DNA of 61,726 bases, counting the filler. It is 6 parts of 6 records of this genome, joined end to end, with 100 filler letters (N's around TTAATTAATTAA, not from the genome) between each part and the next. Parts side by side here need not be neighbours in the genome. Positions count along the whole stretch, not along the records: positions 37,425 to 43,908 come from DRR723986_11803; positions 44,009 to 61,726 come from DRR723986_11804; 4 more parts are not named here. One strand, 5' to 3'. The notes beneath the pieces were generated by a model that saw only the letters and a list, made by a program, of their open reading frames with translations, had not been told where the DNA came from and did no database searches. A program made the position numbers and the translations under genes. Shown one piece after another: positions 38,123 to 46,383 of the stretch (positions are counted from its first letter, which is position 1; each line of letters opens with the position of its first letter).

Positions 38123-39772
38123 TTACGGCAGCAACACCGCGCTACCGCGGCCGCGATTATCCGACGCTGCCCGGATCACATCGCCCTCCACCTGGATTAC
38201 CTGGACGTCGCCCAGGTCACCCCAGCTGTTGGGCTGCACCTCGTAACCGAGCTTTTCCAGGGCACTACGTGTTTCCGCGGGAATTTCCCGCTGGTCGTGG
38301 CGGATCAGGGTCGCTGCCGGTAACTGGTGATGGAACCGGGTGGCGTTGACCGCATCCTGCGGTGCCATGCCGTAGTCGTAAATGTTGAGGATGGTCTGGA
38401 ACACGCTGGTGAAGATGGTGCTCCCTCCCGGGGTCCCGACGACCAATGCGGGCTTGCCCGCCTGCAGCAGGATGGTCGGGGTCATTGAGGACAGCATGCG
38501 CTTGCCGGGGGCGATAGCGTTGTTCGCATTACCGACCACGCCAAACTTGTTGGGTGCGCCGACCTTGGCGCTGAAGTCGTCCATCTCGTTGTTGAGCAGG
38601 AAACCTGCACCTTCCACGACCACCCCGGAGCCGAAATCCCAGTTCAGGGTGTAGGTCAGCGATACCGCATTGCCGTCCTTGTCGAGAATCGAGAAGTGGG
38701 TGGTCTCGGTGGCTTCCAGGCCGGGCAGGACAGACTCTGCGGGCGAGATGGCCGTGGGATTCACCTGTTCGGCCCGGGACCGGACGTAGGCCGGGTCGAT
38801 CAGTGCCTGGATCGGGTTATCGATGAAGTCCGGGTCGCCCAGGTACTCCGCACGATCGGCAAACACACGCTTTTCAATCTCCGCCAGCAGGTGGATATAA
38901 CGTGGTGAGTTGTGCCACAGGTCGCGAAAATGTTGGTCCGCATAGTCTCGCATCAGCAGCAGTTGGATCAGGGCGAAGCCGCCGGAGCTGGGCGGCGGTG
39001 CCGAAACCACCGTGTAATCACGCCAGCGCTGGGTTAAAGGCGTGCGCCAAACGGCCTGGTAAGCGGCCAGGTCGGCTGCGCTGATCAGACCTTTGCTGCG
39101 CGCCATCTGGGCCACGATCTGGCGCGCGATGTGACCTTGGTAAAAATCCTCCGGATCCTCTGCCAGGCGCTCGAGTGTCCGGGCCAGCTGTGCCTGGCGG
39201 AATAAGCCTCCGCTGACCAGCGCCCCAAAATGGGCTTCAAAATTGGTGTCGCCATCAATCTCCGCCAAGGTCTCGACCGCTGCCCCGGCAAGATCCGGAT
39301 GGACCTCGAAGCCATCGCGGGCCAGCGTGATCGCCGGTTGCAGCAAGCGCGCCCAGGGCAGGGAGCCGAAGCGCTCGTGGGCTGCAATCATGCCCTCCAC
39401 CGTGCCGGGTACCCCGGAGGCCCGGCCACCGATAATGGCGTCGCGCTGCACGAAATTGCCGCCCTCGTCGAGGTACATGTCGCGTTCGGCCAGGGCCGGC
39501 GCTCGCTCCCGGAAATCAAGGAAGGCCGGCTCACCGTCCATCAGGGCCAGCATGAAACCGCCGCCTCCGATATTGCCCGCCTCGGGGTAGGTGACCGCGA
39601 GGGTGAAGGTGGCGGCGATTGCGGCATCTACCGCGTTGCCACCGGCCTGCAGTATTTCGCTGGCCGTGGCGGCGCCATAGCGGTCGGGCATGGCGACGGC
39701 TGCGGCGGCCAGAAGCTGGCGCGGGCTGAGCAGGGTGATGAGGATAAGCAGCGGGGCGATGCGCCGGACCAT
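38123..39772 (-). CDS. ggt: gamma-glutamyltransferase
   Basis: GGNAVDAAIA, NIGGGGF, ETTHFS (catalytic Thr), LNNEMDDFS, RMLSSMTP, GTPGGSTI. Confidence 0.95.
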   Translation of the reverse strand: MVRRIAPLLILITLLSPRQLLAAAAVAMPDRYGAATASEILQAGGNAVDAAIAATFTLAVTYPEAGNIGGGGFMLALMDGEPAFLDFRERAPALAERDMYLDEGGNFVQRDAIIGGRASGVPGTVEGMIAAHERFGSLPWARLLQPAITLARDGFEVHPDLAGAAVETLAEIDGDTNFEAHFGALVSGGLFRQAQLARTLERLAEDPEDFYQGHIARQIVAQMARSKGLISAADLAAYQAVWRTPLTQRWRDYTVVSAPPPSSGGFALIQLLLMRDYADQHFRDLWHNSPRYIHLLAEIEKRVFADRAEYLGDPDFIDNPIQALIDPAYVRSRAEQVNPTAISPAESVLPGLEATETTHFSILDKDGNAVSLTYTLNWDFGSGVVVEGAGFLLNNEMDDFSAKVGAPNKFGVVGNANNAIAPGKRMLSSMTPTILLQAGKPALVVGTPGGSTIFTSVFQTILNIYDYGMAPQDAVNATRFHHQLPAATLIRHDQREIPAETRSALEKLGYEVQPNSWGDLGDVQVIQVEGDVIRAASDNRGRGSAVLLP

Positions 39773-39950
39773 CGGGAGTCTCCTGGGCGGTGGCTGACTG
39801 GCTGGCAAGGTAGCAGAAGCGCTGCGCCGGTGGAACCGGGGCTCGCTGAGCGCAAAAGTCATAGCCGCATGATGGTTTGTGTCATTGAGTGCCCGGTGTG
39901 CCTCGGGAATACTCCGGTTTCTTCTTTGAGCCTGATTGGGAGGCACCCCT

Positions 39951-40403
39951 GTGGCGGAACTCGATGTTCTCAGCCAGCCCTTCGAGCTGGGATTTACCTA
40001 CACCCGGTCTACCGGCCCCGTGGTCGGCCGGTTTCTTACCGGACTGAAAAACCGCCAGATAGTGGGCAACCGGGCCAGTGACGGGCGGGTGATCGTCCCG
40101 CCCATGGAGTATGACCCGGTCACGGCGCAAGCACTGGATGAATTTGTCGACGTCGGGGAGGAGGGCAGCATAGTCAGCTGGTGCTGGGTTGCCGAACCCC
40201 GTGATGCGCACCCGCTGGATGAGCCCTTTGCCTGGGCGATGATCCGCCTCGACGGCGCCGATGTCCCGATGGTCCATTGTGTGCGGGCCGCAAGCGAGGC
40301 CGCGGTTGCCACTGGCGCGCGGGTGCGGGCGCACTGGGCGGAGGAGACCATCGGTTTCATCAGCGACATCCGGTACTTCGAACTGGTGGAGGCGCAGTCA
40401 TGA
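39951..40403 (+). CDS. DUF35 OB-fold protein, like the N-terminal half of Rv3521
   Basis: YTRSTGPVVGRFLTGL...SDGRVIVPPMEYDPVT; Zn-ribbon cysteines absent. Confidence 0.85.
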   Translation: MAELDVLSQPFELGFTYTRSTGPVVGRFLTGLKNRQIVGNRASDGRVIVPPMEYDPVTAQALDEFVDVGEEGSIVSWCWVAEPRDAHPLDEPFAWAMIRLDGADVPMVHCVRAASEAAVATGARVRAHWAEETIGFISDIRYFELVEAQS

Positions 40404-40915
40404 GCGATGAGCAGGAAATGATCACCGGCATCGAAGCGCCGATCTACCTGAAGTACAACTTCACCGCCGGCCGCGCGCCGACGCGATTCCTTACCCGGCT
40501 GAAAGGTGGCGAGCTGACCGGGCAGCGTTGCCCCAGCTGTGCCAACGTGTATATCCCGCCTCGGGGCTCCTGCCCTGCCTGCGGTATCGCCACCGAGGAA
40601 GAGGTGACCCTGTCCAATAAGGCCACCGTCCAGTCGTTCACGATTGTGGCCCTGCCGATCCCCGGTAACCCGATCAAACCCCCTTACATCGTCGCCAACC
40701 TGGTCGCTGATGGGGCCAATATCTCCTTCATCCACCTGATGAGCGAGTGTGTCAACGAAGAGGTTCACATCGGCCAGCGGGTGCAGGCGGTGTGGAAGCC
40801 CGAGGAGGAATGGGACTACGCGATGGACAACATCCGCTACTTCAAGCCGCTGGACGAACCCGATGTGCCGGTAGAGATGATCGGCAAGATACCTGTAGAA
40901 GGCTGGGAGGGCTGA
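40400..40915 (+). CDS. DUF35 Zn-ribbon/OB-fold protein, like the C-terminal half of Rv3521
   Basis: CPSC...YIPPRGSCPAC; ATGA overlap. Confidence 0.88.
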   Translation: MSDEQEMITGIEAPIYLKYNFTAGRAPTRFLTRLKGGELTGQRCPSCANVYIPPRGSCPACGIATEEEVTLSNKATVQSFTIVALPIPGNPIKPPYIVANLVADGANISFIHLMSECVNEEVHIGQRVQAVWKPEEEWDYAMDNIRYFKPLDEPDVPVEMIGKIPVEGWEG

Positions 40916-40919
40916 TGCC

Positions 40920-41978
40920 ATGAAAGATATCTGTATCGTGGCCTATAGCCAGTCCGACTGCATGGCGCAGGCGGGGATGGCCAATGAGGTCGAACTCATC
41001 ATGCCGCAGCTGCAGGCGGTGTATAGCCAGGTCGGTATTCGCAATGCCCAGGATGTGGACTTCGTCTGCTCCGGCAGCTGTGACTACCTGCAGGGTGCGG
41101 CGTTTGCCTTTGTTGCCGGGGTCGATGCCCTGGGCGCGGTGCCGCCGATCAAGGAATCGCACGTCGAGATGGATGCGGCCTGGGCGCTGTACGAATCGAT
41201 TCTCAAGATTCGCATGGGCCATGCCGACTCGGCGCTGATCTACGGCTTCAGCAAGTCGTCGCCAGGGGAGCTGCCTATCGTGCTGTCCCAGCAGCTGGAT
41301 CCCTATTATCTCGCCCCCCTGTGGGTCGATACGGTGTCACTTGCGGCAATGCAGGCCCGCCTGATGCTCGAGCAGGGCCTGATCGAAGAGGCGGATATGG
41401 CCGAGGTAGTGGTGCAGTCACGCCGTTCGGCGATGAACAATCCACACGCCCAGTTGCGCGGGGAAACCAGTGCAGCCGAACTGCTGGCTGAGGCCCACTT
41501 CGTGTCACCGCTGCGCCGCTCGGACTGCTGTCCCATCTCCGATGGCGCGTCGGCCATGATCATCTGTACCGTGGAGAAGGCCAGGGAATGGGGTGTGCCC
41601 TATGCCCGGATCACCGGAATTGACCACCGCATCGAGACTCACAACCTGGGCATGCGGGACCTCACCGACTCCGCCTCGACCCGGATCGCGGCTGCGGCTG
41701 CCGGCGCGCACGATGGCCCGCTGGATGTGGCCGAACTCTACGCGCCCTTTAGTCACCAGCAGATTATCCTGACTCGCGCCCTGGCCCTGGGTGACGCCAC
41801 GGTGGTCAATCCCAGTGGCGGGGTGCTGGCGGGCAACCTGATGATGGCGTCGGGCCTGTCGCGCATTGGCGAGGTGTTCAAGCGCATCATCGCCGGAGAG
41901 GCACAGCGGGGGCTGGCGCATGCCACCTCGGGTCCCTGCCTGCAGCACAACATGATCACCGTACTGGAGGCCGCGTAA
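40920..41978 (+). CDS. ltp4: thiolase-fold (SCP2-type) protein Ltp4
   Basis: CSGSCDYLQGAAFAFV...GAVPPIKESHVEMDAAWALYE closely follows actinobacterial Ltp4. Confidence 0.85.
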   Translation: MKDICIVAYSQSDCMAQAGMANEVELIMPQLQAVYSQVGIRNAQDVDFVCSGSCDYLQGAAFAFVAGVDALGAVPPIKESHVEMDAAWALYESILKIRMGHADSALIYGFSKSSPGELPIVLSQQLDPYYLAPLWVDTVSLAAMQARLMLEQGLIEEADMAEVVVQSRRSAMNNPHAQLRGETSAAELLAEAHFVSPLRRSDCCPISDGASAMIICTVEKAREWGVPYARITGIDHRIETHNLGMRDLTDSASTRIAAAAAGAHDGPLDVAELYAPFSHQQIILTRALALGDATVVNPSGGVLAGNLMMASGLSRIGEVFKRIIAGEAQRGLAHATSGPCLQHNMITVLEAA

Positions 41979-43141
41979 TGGCAGAACTGGCAGCAGTGGT
42001 CGGCATCGGCCAGACGCACTACAAAACACGGCGCGGAGATGTTTCCATCGCCGGCCTCCTGCGGGAAGCGGCGCAGAAAGCGCTCGATGACGCCGGGCTC
42101 GGCTTCGACGACATCGACGCGGTGATTATCGGCAAGGCACCGGATATGTTCGAGGGTGTGATCATGCCGGAGATCTACCTGGCGGATGCCCTGGGCGCCA
42201 ATGGCAAGCCGATGATGCGCGTTCATACCGCGGGATCGGTGGGCGGTTCTACCGCGCTGGTGGCCGCGTCCCATGTGCAGAGCGGCACCTTTCGACGCGT
42301 GCTCACCGTCACTTACGAGAAACAGTCGGAGTCCAACGCGATGTGGGCCCTGTCCACCCCGCAGCCTTTTTCGGTGCACCTTAACGCCGGGGCCGGGGGC
42401 TACTTTGCCCCGATTATCCGCGAGTACATGCGCCGCTCCGGTGCGCCCTACGATGTGGGTATCCGGGTCGCGGTGAAGGACCGTCGGCACGGCGCACGCA
42501 ATCCGCTGGCGCATCTGCAGTTGCCGGATATCACGATGAAGGAAGTGGAGGAGTCCATGATGTTGTGGGACCCGATCCGCTTCCTCGAGGCCTGTCCGTC
42601 CTCTGACGGCGCCTGTGCCATGGTCATTGCCTGCGAGGAGCTGGCGGAGAAGTCACCCAAGCCGCCGGCCTGGATCCGCGGCGGGGCGATGCGTTCGGAG
42701 CCGACCATGTACGCCGGCCGGGAAGAGGTGAGCCCGCAGGCGGGTCGCGACTGCGCCGCCGATGTGTATCGCCAGGCCGGTATCACCAACCCGCGCAAGG
42801 ACCTGGACTGCGCCGAGGTTTACGTGCCGTTCAGCTGGTACGAGCCGATGTGGCTGGAAAATCTCGGCTTTGCCGAGGAAGGCCAGGGCTGGCGCCTGAC
42901 GGTTGAAGGCGCCACCTCCCTGGACGAGGGCGGCGACATTCCCTGGAACTGCTCGGGCGGCGTACTGTCCTCCAACCCCATTGGCGCCTCGGGCATGATC
43001 CGCTTCGCCGAGGCCGCCCGCCAGGTGCGCGGCGATGCCGGCGATCACCAGGTGCCGGGGGCCAAGCTTGCCCTTGGGCATGCTTATGGCGGCGGTGCCC
43101 AGTTCTTCTCCATGTGGGTGGTCGGAGCCGAGAAGTCCTGA
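41978..43141 (+). CDS. ltp3: thiolase-fold aldolase Ltp3
   Basis: GKAPDMFEGVIMPE...RVHTAGSVGGST...GHAYGGGAQFF closely follows Ltp3. Confidence 0.88.
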   Translation: MAELAAVVGIGQTHYKTRRGDVSIAGLLREAAQKALDDAGLGFDDIDAVIIGKAPDMFEGVIMPEIYLADALGANGKPMMRVHTAGSVGGSTALVAASHVQSGTFRRVLTVTYEKQSESNAMWALSTPQPFSVHLNAGAGGYFAPIIREYMRRSGAPYDVGIRVAVKDRRHGARNPLAHLQLPDITMKEVEESMMLWDPIRFLEACPSSDGACAMVIACEELAEKSPKPPAWIRGGAMRSEPTMYAGREEVSPQAGRDCAADVYRQAGITNPRKDLDCAEVYVPFSWYEPMWLENLGFAEEGQGWRLTVEGATSLDEGGDIPWNCSGGVLSSNPIGASGMIRFAEAARQVRGDAGDHQVPGAKLALGHAYGGGAQFFSMWVVGAEKS

Positions 43142-43170
43142 CCCCAACGACGTAGCGAAGGAGTACAGTC

Positions 43171-43908
43171 ATGGCTAAACACTTCAACCTGGCGGACATG
43201 TTTGAAATGGTCGCCGACAAGGTGCCCGGGCGCGATGCGCTGGTCTGCGGGACCCAGCGGGCGACCTTCGCAGAGTTGGAACAGCGGGCCAACCGGCTCG
43301 CCCACTTCCTGCAGCAGCGGGGTGTCGGCGCCGGGGACCATGTGGGCCTGTACCTGTACAACTGCAACGAATACCTGGAAGGCATGCTGGCCTGTTTCAA
43401 GATTCGCGCGGTGCCGATCAACGTGAATTACCGCTACGTTGAGGAGGAATTGCTGTACATCTTTGATAATGCCGACATGGTGGCCTGCATCCATCATCAG
43501 GAGTTCAGCCCACATATCGCCCAGGTCAGCGACTCGGCGCCGGACCTGTCGCTGTATATCCATGTGAGCGACGATTCCGGTGCTGATCCCGGTGCCATCG
43601 GCTCCGTCGAGTACGAGTCCGCGCTGGCGGACCAGGATTCTGGGCGGGACTTTGGCGAGCGCGCGGACGACGACCTGTTCATCCTGTACACCGGTGGTAC
43701 CACCGGTATGCCCAAGGGGGTGATGTGGCCCCACAAGTCAGTGTTCTTCGCTGCGATGGGCGGTGGCGGCTGGTTTCATCCCGATGGCGCGATTACCGAA
43801 CCCGAGCAGATCGCCGAGCGTGTTGCCGATTTCGCGATTGTCGGCATGGCGCTGGCCCCGCTGATGCACGGCGCCTGCTGGTGGTATGCCTGTATCCAGC
43901 TGCTGGCG
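43171..43908 (+). CDS. fadD19: steroid acyl-CoA synthetase, FadD19-like (3' truncated)
   Basis: NVNYRYVEEEL.YIFDNAD, RDFGER, LYTGGTTGMPKGVMW. Confidence 0.78.
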
Positions 43909-44008
43909 NNNNNNNNNNNNNNNNNNNNNNNNNNNNNNNNNNNNNNNNNNNNTTAATTAATTAANNNNNNNNNNNNNNNNNNNNNNNNNNNNNNNNNNNN
44001 NNNNNNNN
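43909..44008. other. artificial contig linker
   Basis: N-TTAATTAATTAA-N. Confidence 0.99.
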
Positions 44009-44084
44009 CGGCTGATGTGCAAACCGCAAGCTTGCGCTCGGCGGCTGATGTTGTCACTGCGGGTGTGGCGTTAAGATGGCGCGC

Positions 44085-44128
44085 AAAAAAAGACGGGCGT
44101 GAACCACAAGGTGAAATCCACGCCCGTC
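44085..44128 (-). terminator. intrinsic terminator on the minus strand
   Basis: GACGGGCGTG/CACGCCCGTC stem with A7 on the plus strand (U7 tail on minus). Confidence 0.8.
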
Positions 44129-44246
44129 CTGGTTATTACTCGTGTGATAATATTTGTGTGATGGCTAGACTGAATCGAAACTCAGCTTCATCAACACACT
44201 GGTGATCTCACGAGGGGATGACTGCCACTGGCAGCCCGCCGGCTGC

Positions 44247-44305
44247 CTATGAGGTATCACCCCAATGGCTGGTACAGCAACTACTCACGCGATCACCTCC
44301 TTTCT
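44247..44305 (-). other. extended Shine-Dalgarno followed by a 13-aa sORF (MSSCCTSHWGDTS) in a structured transcript
   Basis: Minus strand AGAAAGGAGGTGATC, GTG at 44288, TAG at 44249-44247, then hairpin GGCAGCC-GGCG-GGCTGCC. Confidence 0.45.
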
Positions 44306-44565
44306 CAACTGTGTCCACTTGTCATTCAACCACCTATCAGCCGAGAGGGTTTGAATGCCAAGTCTTAAACTTGTTCCTCGCGATGCGTAAACCGCGAAAC
44401 AGGAAGGATGTTGCAGGCCGCGTCCGACTCACAACAGAATCCAGTCTGCCTACTTTGAGCGGCAATTGCAAGAGAAGGTTCGCCTTTTTTGTGATCACTA
44501 AATAAAAAATATTTGCCGTCAAAACCCACTTGCCACCTCTCTACTACTTTCGTTATTCGTCTGGA

Positions 44566-45120
44566 ATGGCTACTCCAAAACCTCCCCCCGCAGCTCTCTT
44601 CTTCGCGGCAATCTTTAGCCAAAGCGATGGTGTCATTGCAGAGGCGTCCGCGCAATGTGAAGCTCAATGGGGCAAGATCGCCTTAACAAGTCCAAGCTTC
44701 GATCATAGCGAAACAACGTATTACGAGCGGGAGATGGGGGCAGGGCTGCGAAAGCAGTTCGTCGTTTTCGAAGGCGTTTTTGACCCAGCGCTGTTGGCAG
44801 ACCGGAAGCTTCAAAGCAATGCGATTGAAAAGCAGGCGACTTGTAGCGTTGATCAAGGTGTGAACTTAAATGTGTCCCGTCCCGTAAATATCGATCCCGG
44901 CTACATCACGCTGACGAAAATGGTGTTGGCCAGCGCTAAGGATCGGGCGCATCGCATATATCTGAACCACGGCATTTACGCTGAGGAATGTCTGTACTAC
45001 TTGGCTGGTCGGTGGAATTCCCGTCCTTGGACATATCCAGATTATCAGCGAGCAGACTTCCAAGCGTTCTTTTCTCGGGCTCGAGACATGTTAAAGTCCC
45101 AAATCAGGGCGACGCAGTAA
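44566..45120 (+). CDS. DUF4416 family protein
   Basis: TTYYEREMG, RPVNIDPGY, K..AHRIYL..GIYAE, PWTYPDY. Confidence 0.88.
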   Translation: MATPKPPPAALFFAAIFSQSDGVIAEASAQCEAQWGKIALTSPSFDHSETTYYEREMGAGLRKQFVVFEGVFDPALLADRKLQSNAIEKQATCSVDQGVNLNVSRPVNIDPGYITLTKMVLASAKDRAHRIYLNHGIYAEECLYYLAGRWNSRPWTYPDYQRADFQAFFSRARDMLKSQIRATQ

Positions 45121-45147
45121 CGAAACGATCCAAAAGGAATCTTTGCT

Positions 45148-46383
45148 TTGACGGGGCTGGCTTTAGTTCTTCTTTTCCTGGCGACCATGTTGCCCAGTGC
45201 GATCGTATCGTGGTTGGTGGTTGGATGGGTGCGAACCGCAGCAGTGCGACTGGGGTTAATGGATGCTCCCGGTGAGCGGAAGGTGCACACGACTCCAATT
45301 CCTCTAGGCGGAGGGCTCGGAATTTGGGCAGGGGTCGTGGCCACTATGGCAAGCGGAACGGCCATGGTGATGTTGGCGATGCAGAGTGAAGCAGTCGCTG
45401 GACTGCTGCCCGTTCAGTTCCGTGAGCATCTAGGTGGCATGGGAGATAAGATCCTTGAAATTTGGGTCATCATCGGCTGCGGAACAGTGCTTGCCCTGCT
45501 TGGGTTGATGGATGATCGTCGAGGCATACCGTGGTGGTTGCGCTTGGGCGTGGAGTTTGGCGTAGCATCGTTTTGTGTTTATTGGCAAGGTCTGCAGTTA
45601 ACGGCGTTTATCGACTTGCCTTGGTTGACCAGCGTTCTCAGTGTGCTGTGGATTGTAGCGCTGATTAACTCGTTCAATATGCTCGACAACATGGATGGAC
45701 TAAGTGGTGGAGTTGCCGCGATTTCGACTTTCTTGCTGGCCATCATGCTTCTGACCAGTCCGGATCAGAGCAACGGTCAACCTCAGTTTTTCGTCGCTGC
45801 CATGTTGTTGGTTCTGGTCGGCGCGTTGCTTGGATTCTTGGGGCACAATTGGCCGCCCGCGCGGATCTTCATGGGAGATGCGGGAAGTTACTTTATCGGT
45901 TTCTGGATCGCCGTCGCAACGTTGCTTGCAACTTACGCTGGCTACCAAGGCAAATCGCCTCATGCGGTGGTTGCACCGTTGATCGTAATGGCAATTCCGT
46001 TGTACGACATGATCAGCGTCATCATCATCCGGCTAAGCGAGGGGAGGAGTCCCTTCGAAGGCGACAAGCGGCACTTTTCGCATCGTTTGGTTGATCTTGG
46101 GATGACGAAGAAGCAAGCCGTGTTGACGATCTACTTGGCTACAGCAACTTGTTCACTAAGTGCACTTCTACTTCCGCGAGTCGATTTTATCGGCGCGGTG
46201 ATCATCGTTCTTGGGACGATGCTGATTCTTGCTCTTGTTCAGACCCTTGAGTCGGTTGGGAGAAATCCTGCCGCGAATCTGTCGTCTCAGGCGACCAGCG
46301 GTGCATCAGCCCGAAGTGGTGAAGAAGGGCAGGGCGTGCGGGCCGGCGATGAAGCGGATCCCGGGAAGGCTGAAGATGTCTAA
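45148..46383 (+). CDS. MraY/WecA family polyprenyl-phosphate sugar-1-P transferase
   Basis: RKVHTTPIPLGGGL, GLMDD, NSFNMLDNMDGL, IFMGDAGS, DKRHFSHRL. Confidence 0.92.
   Translation: MTGLALVLLFLATMLPSAIVSWLVVGWVRTAAVRLGLMDAPGERKVHTTPIPLGGGLGIWAGVVATMASGTAMVMLAMQSEAVAGLLPVQFREHLGGMGDKILEIWVIIGCGTVLALLGLMDDRRGIPWWLRLGVEFGVASFCVYWQGLQLTAFIDLPWLTSVLSVLWIVALINSFNMLDNMDGLSGGVAAISTFLLAIMLLTSPDQSNGQPQFFVAAMLLVLVGALLGFLGHNWPPARIFMGDAGSYFIGFWIAVATLLATYAGYQGKSPHAVVAPLIVMAIPLYDMISVIIIRLSEGRSPFEGDKRHFSHRLVDLGMTKKQAVLTIYLATATCSLSALLLPRVDFIGAVIIVLGTMLILALVQTLESVGRNPAANLSSQATSGASARSGEEGQGVRAGDEADPGKAEDV

Noticed and set aside
5591-44008. Five identical TTAATTAATTAA motifs inside N runs
   Set aside because: Artificial contig-joining linkers; adjacency across them has no biological meaning, for example the satellite next to sterol genes
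44291-44305. 16S rRNA 3'-end sequence
   Set aside because: Only 15 nt match with no flanking rRNA sequence; treated as an extended SD on the minus strand, not an rRNA gene
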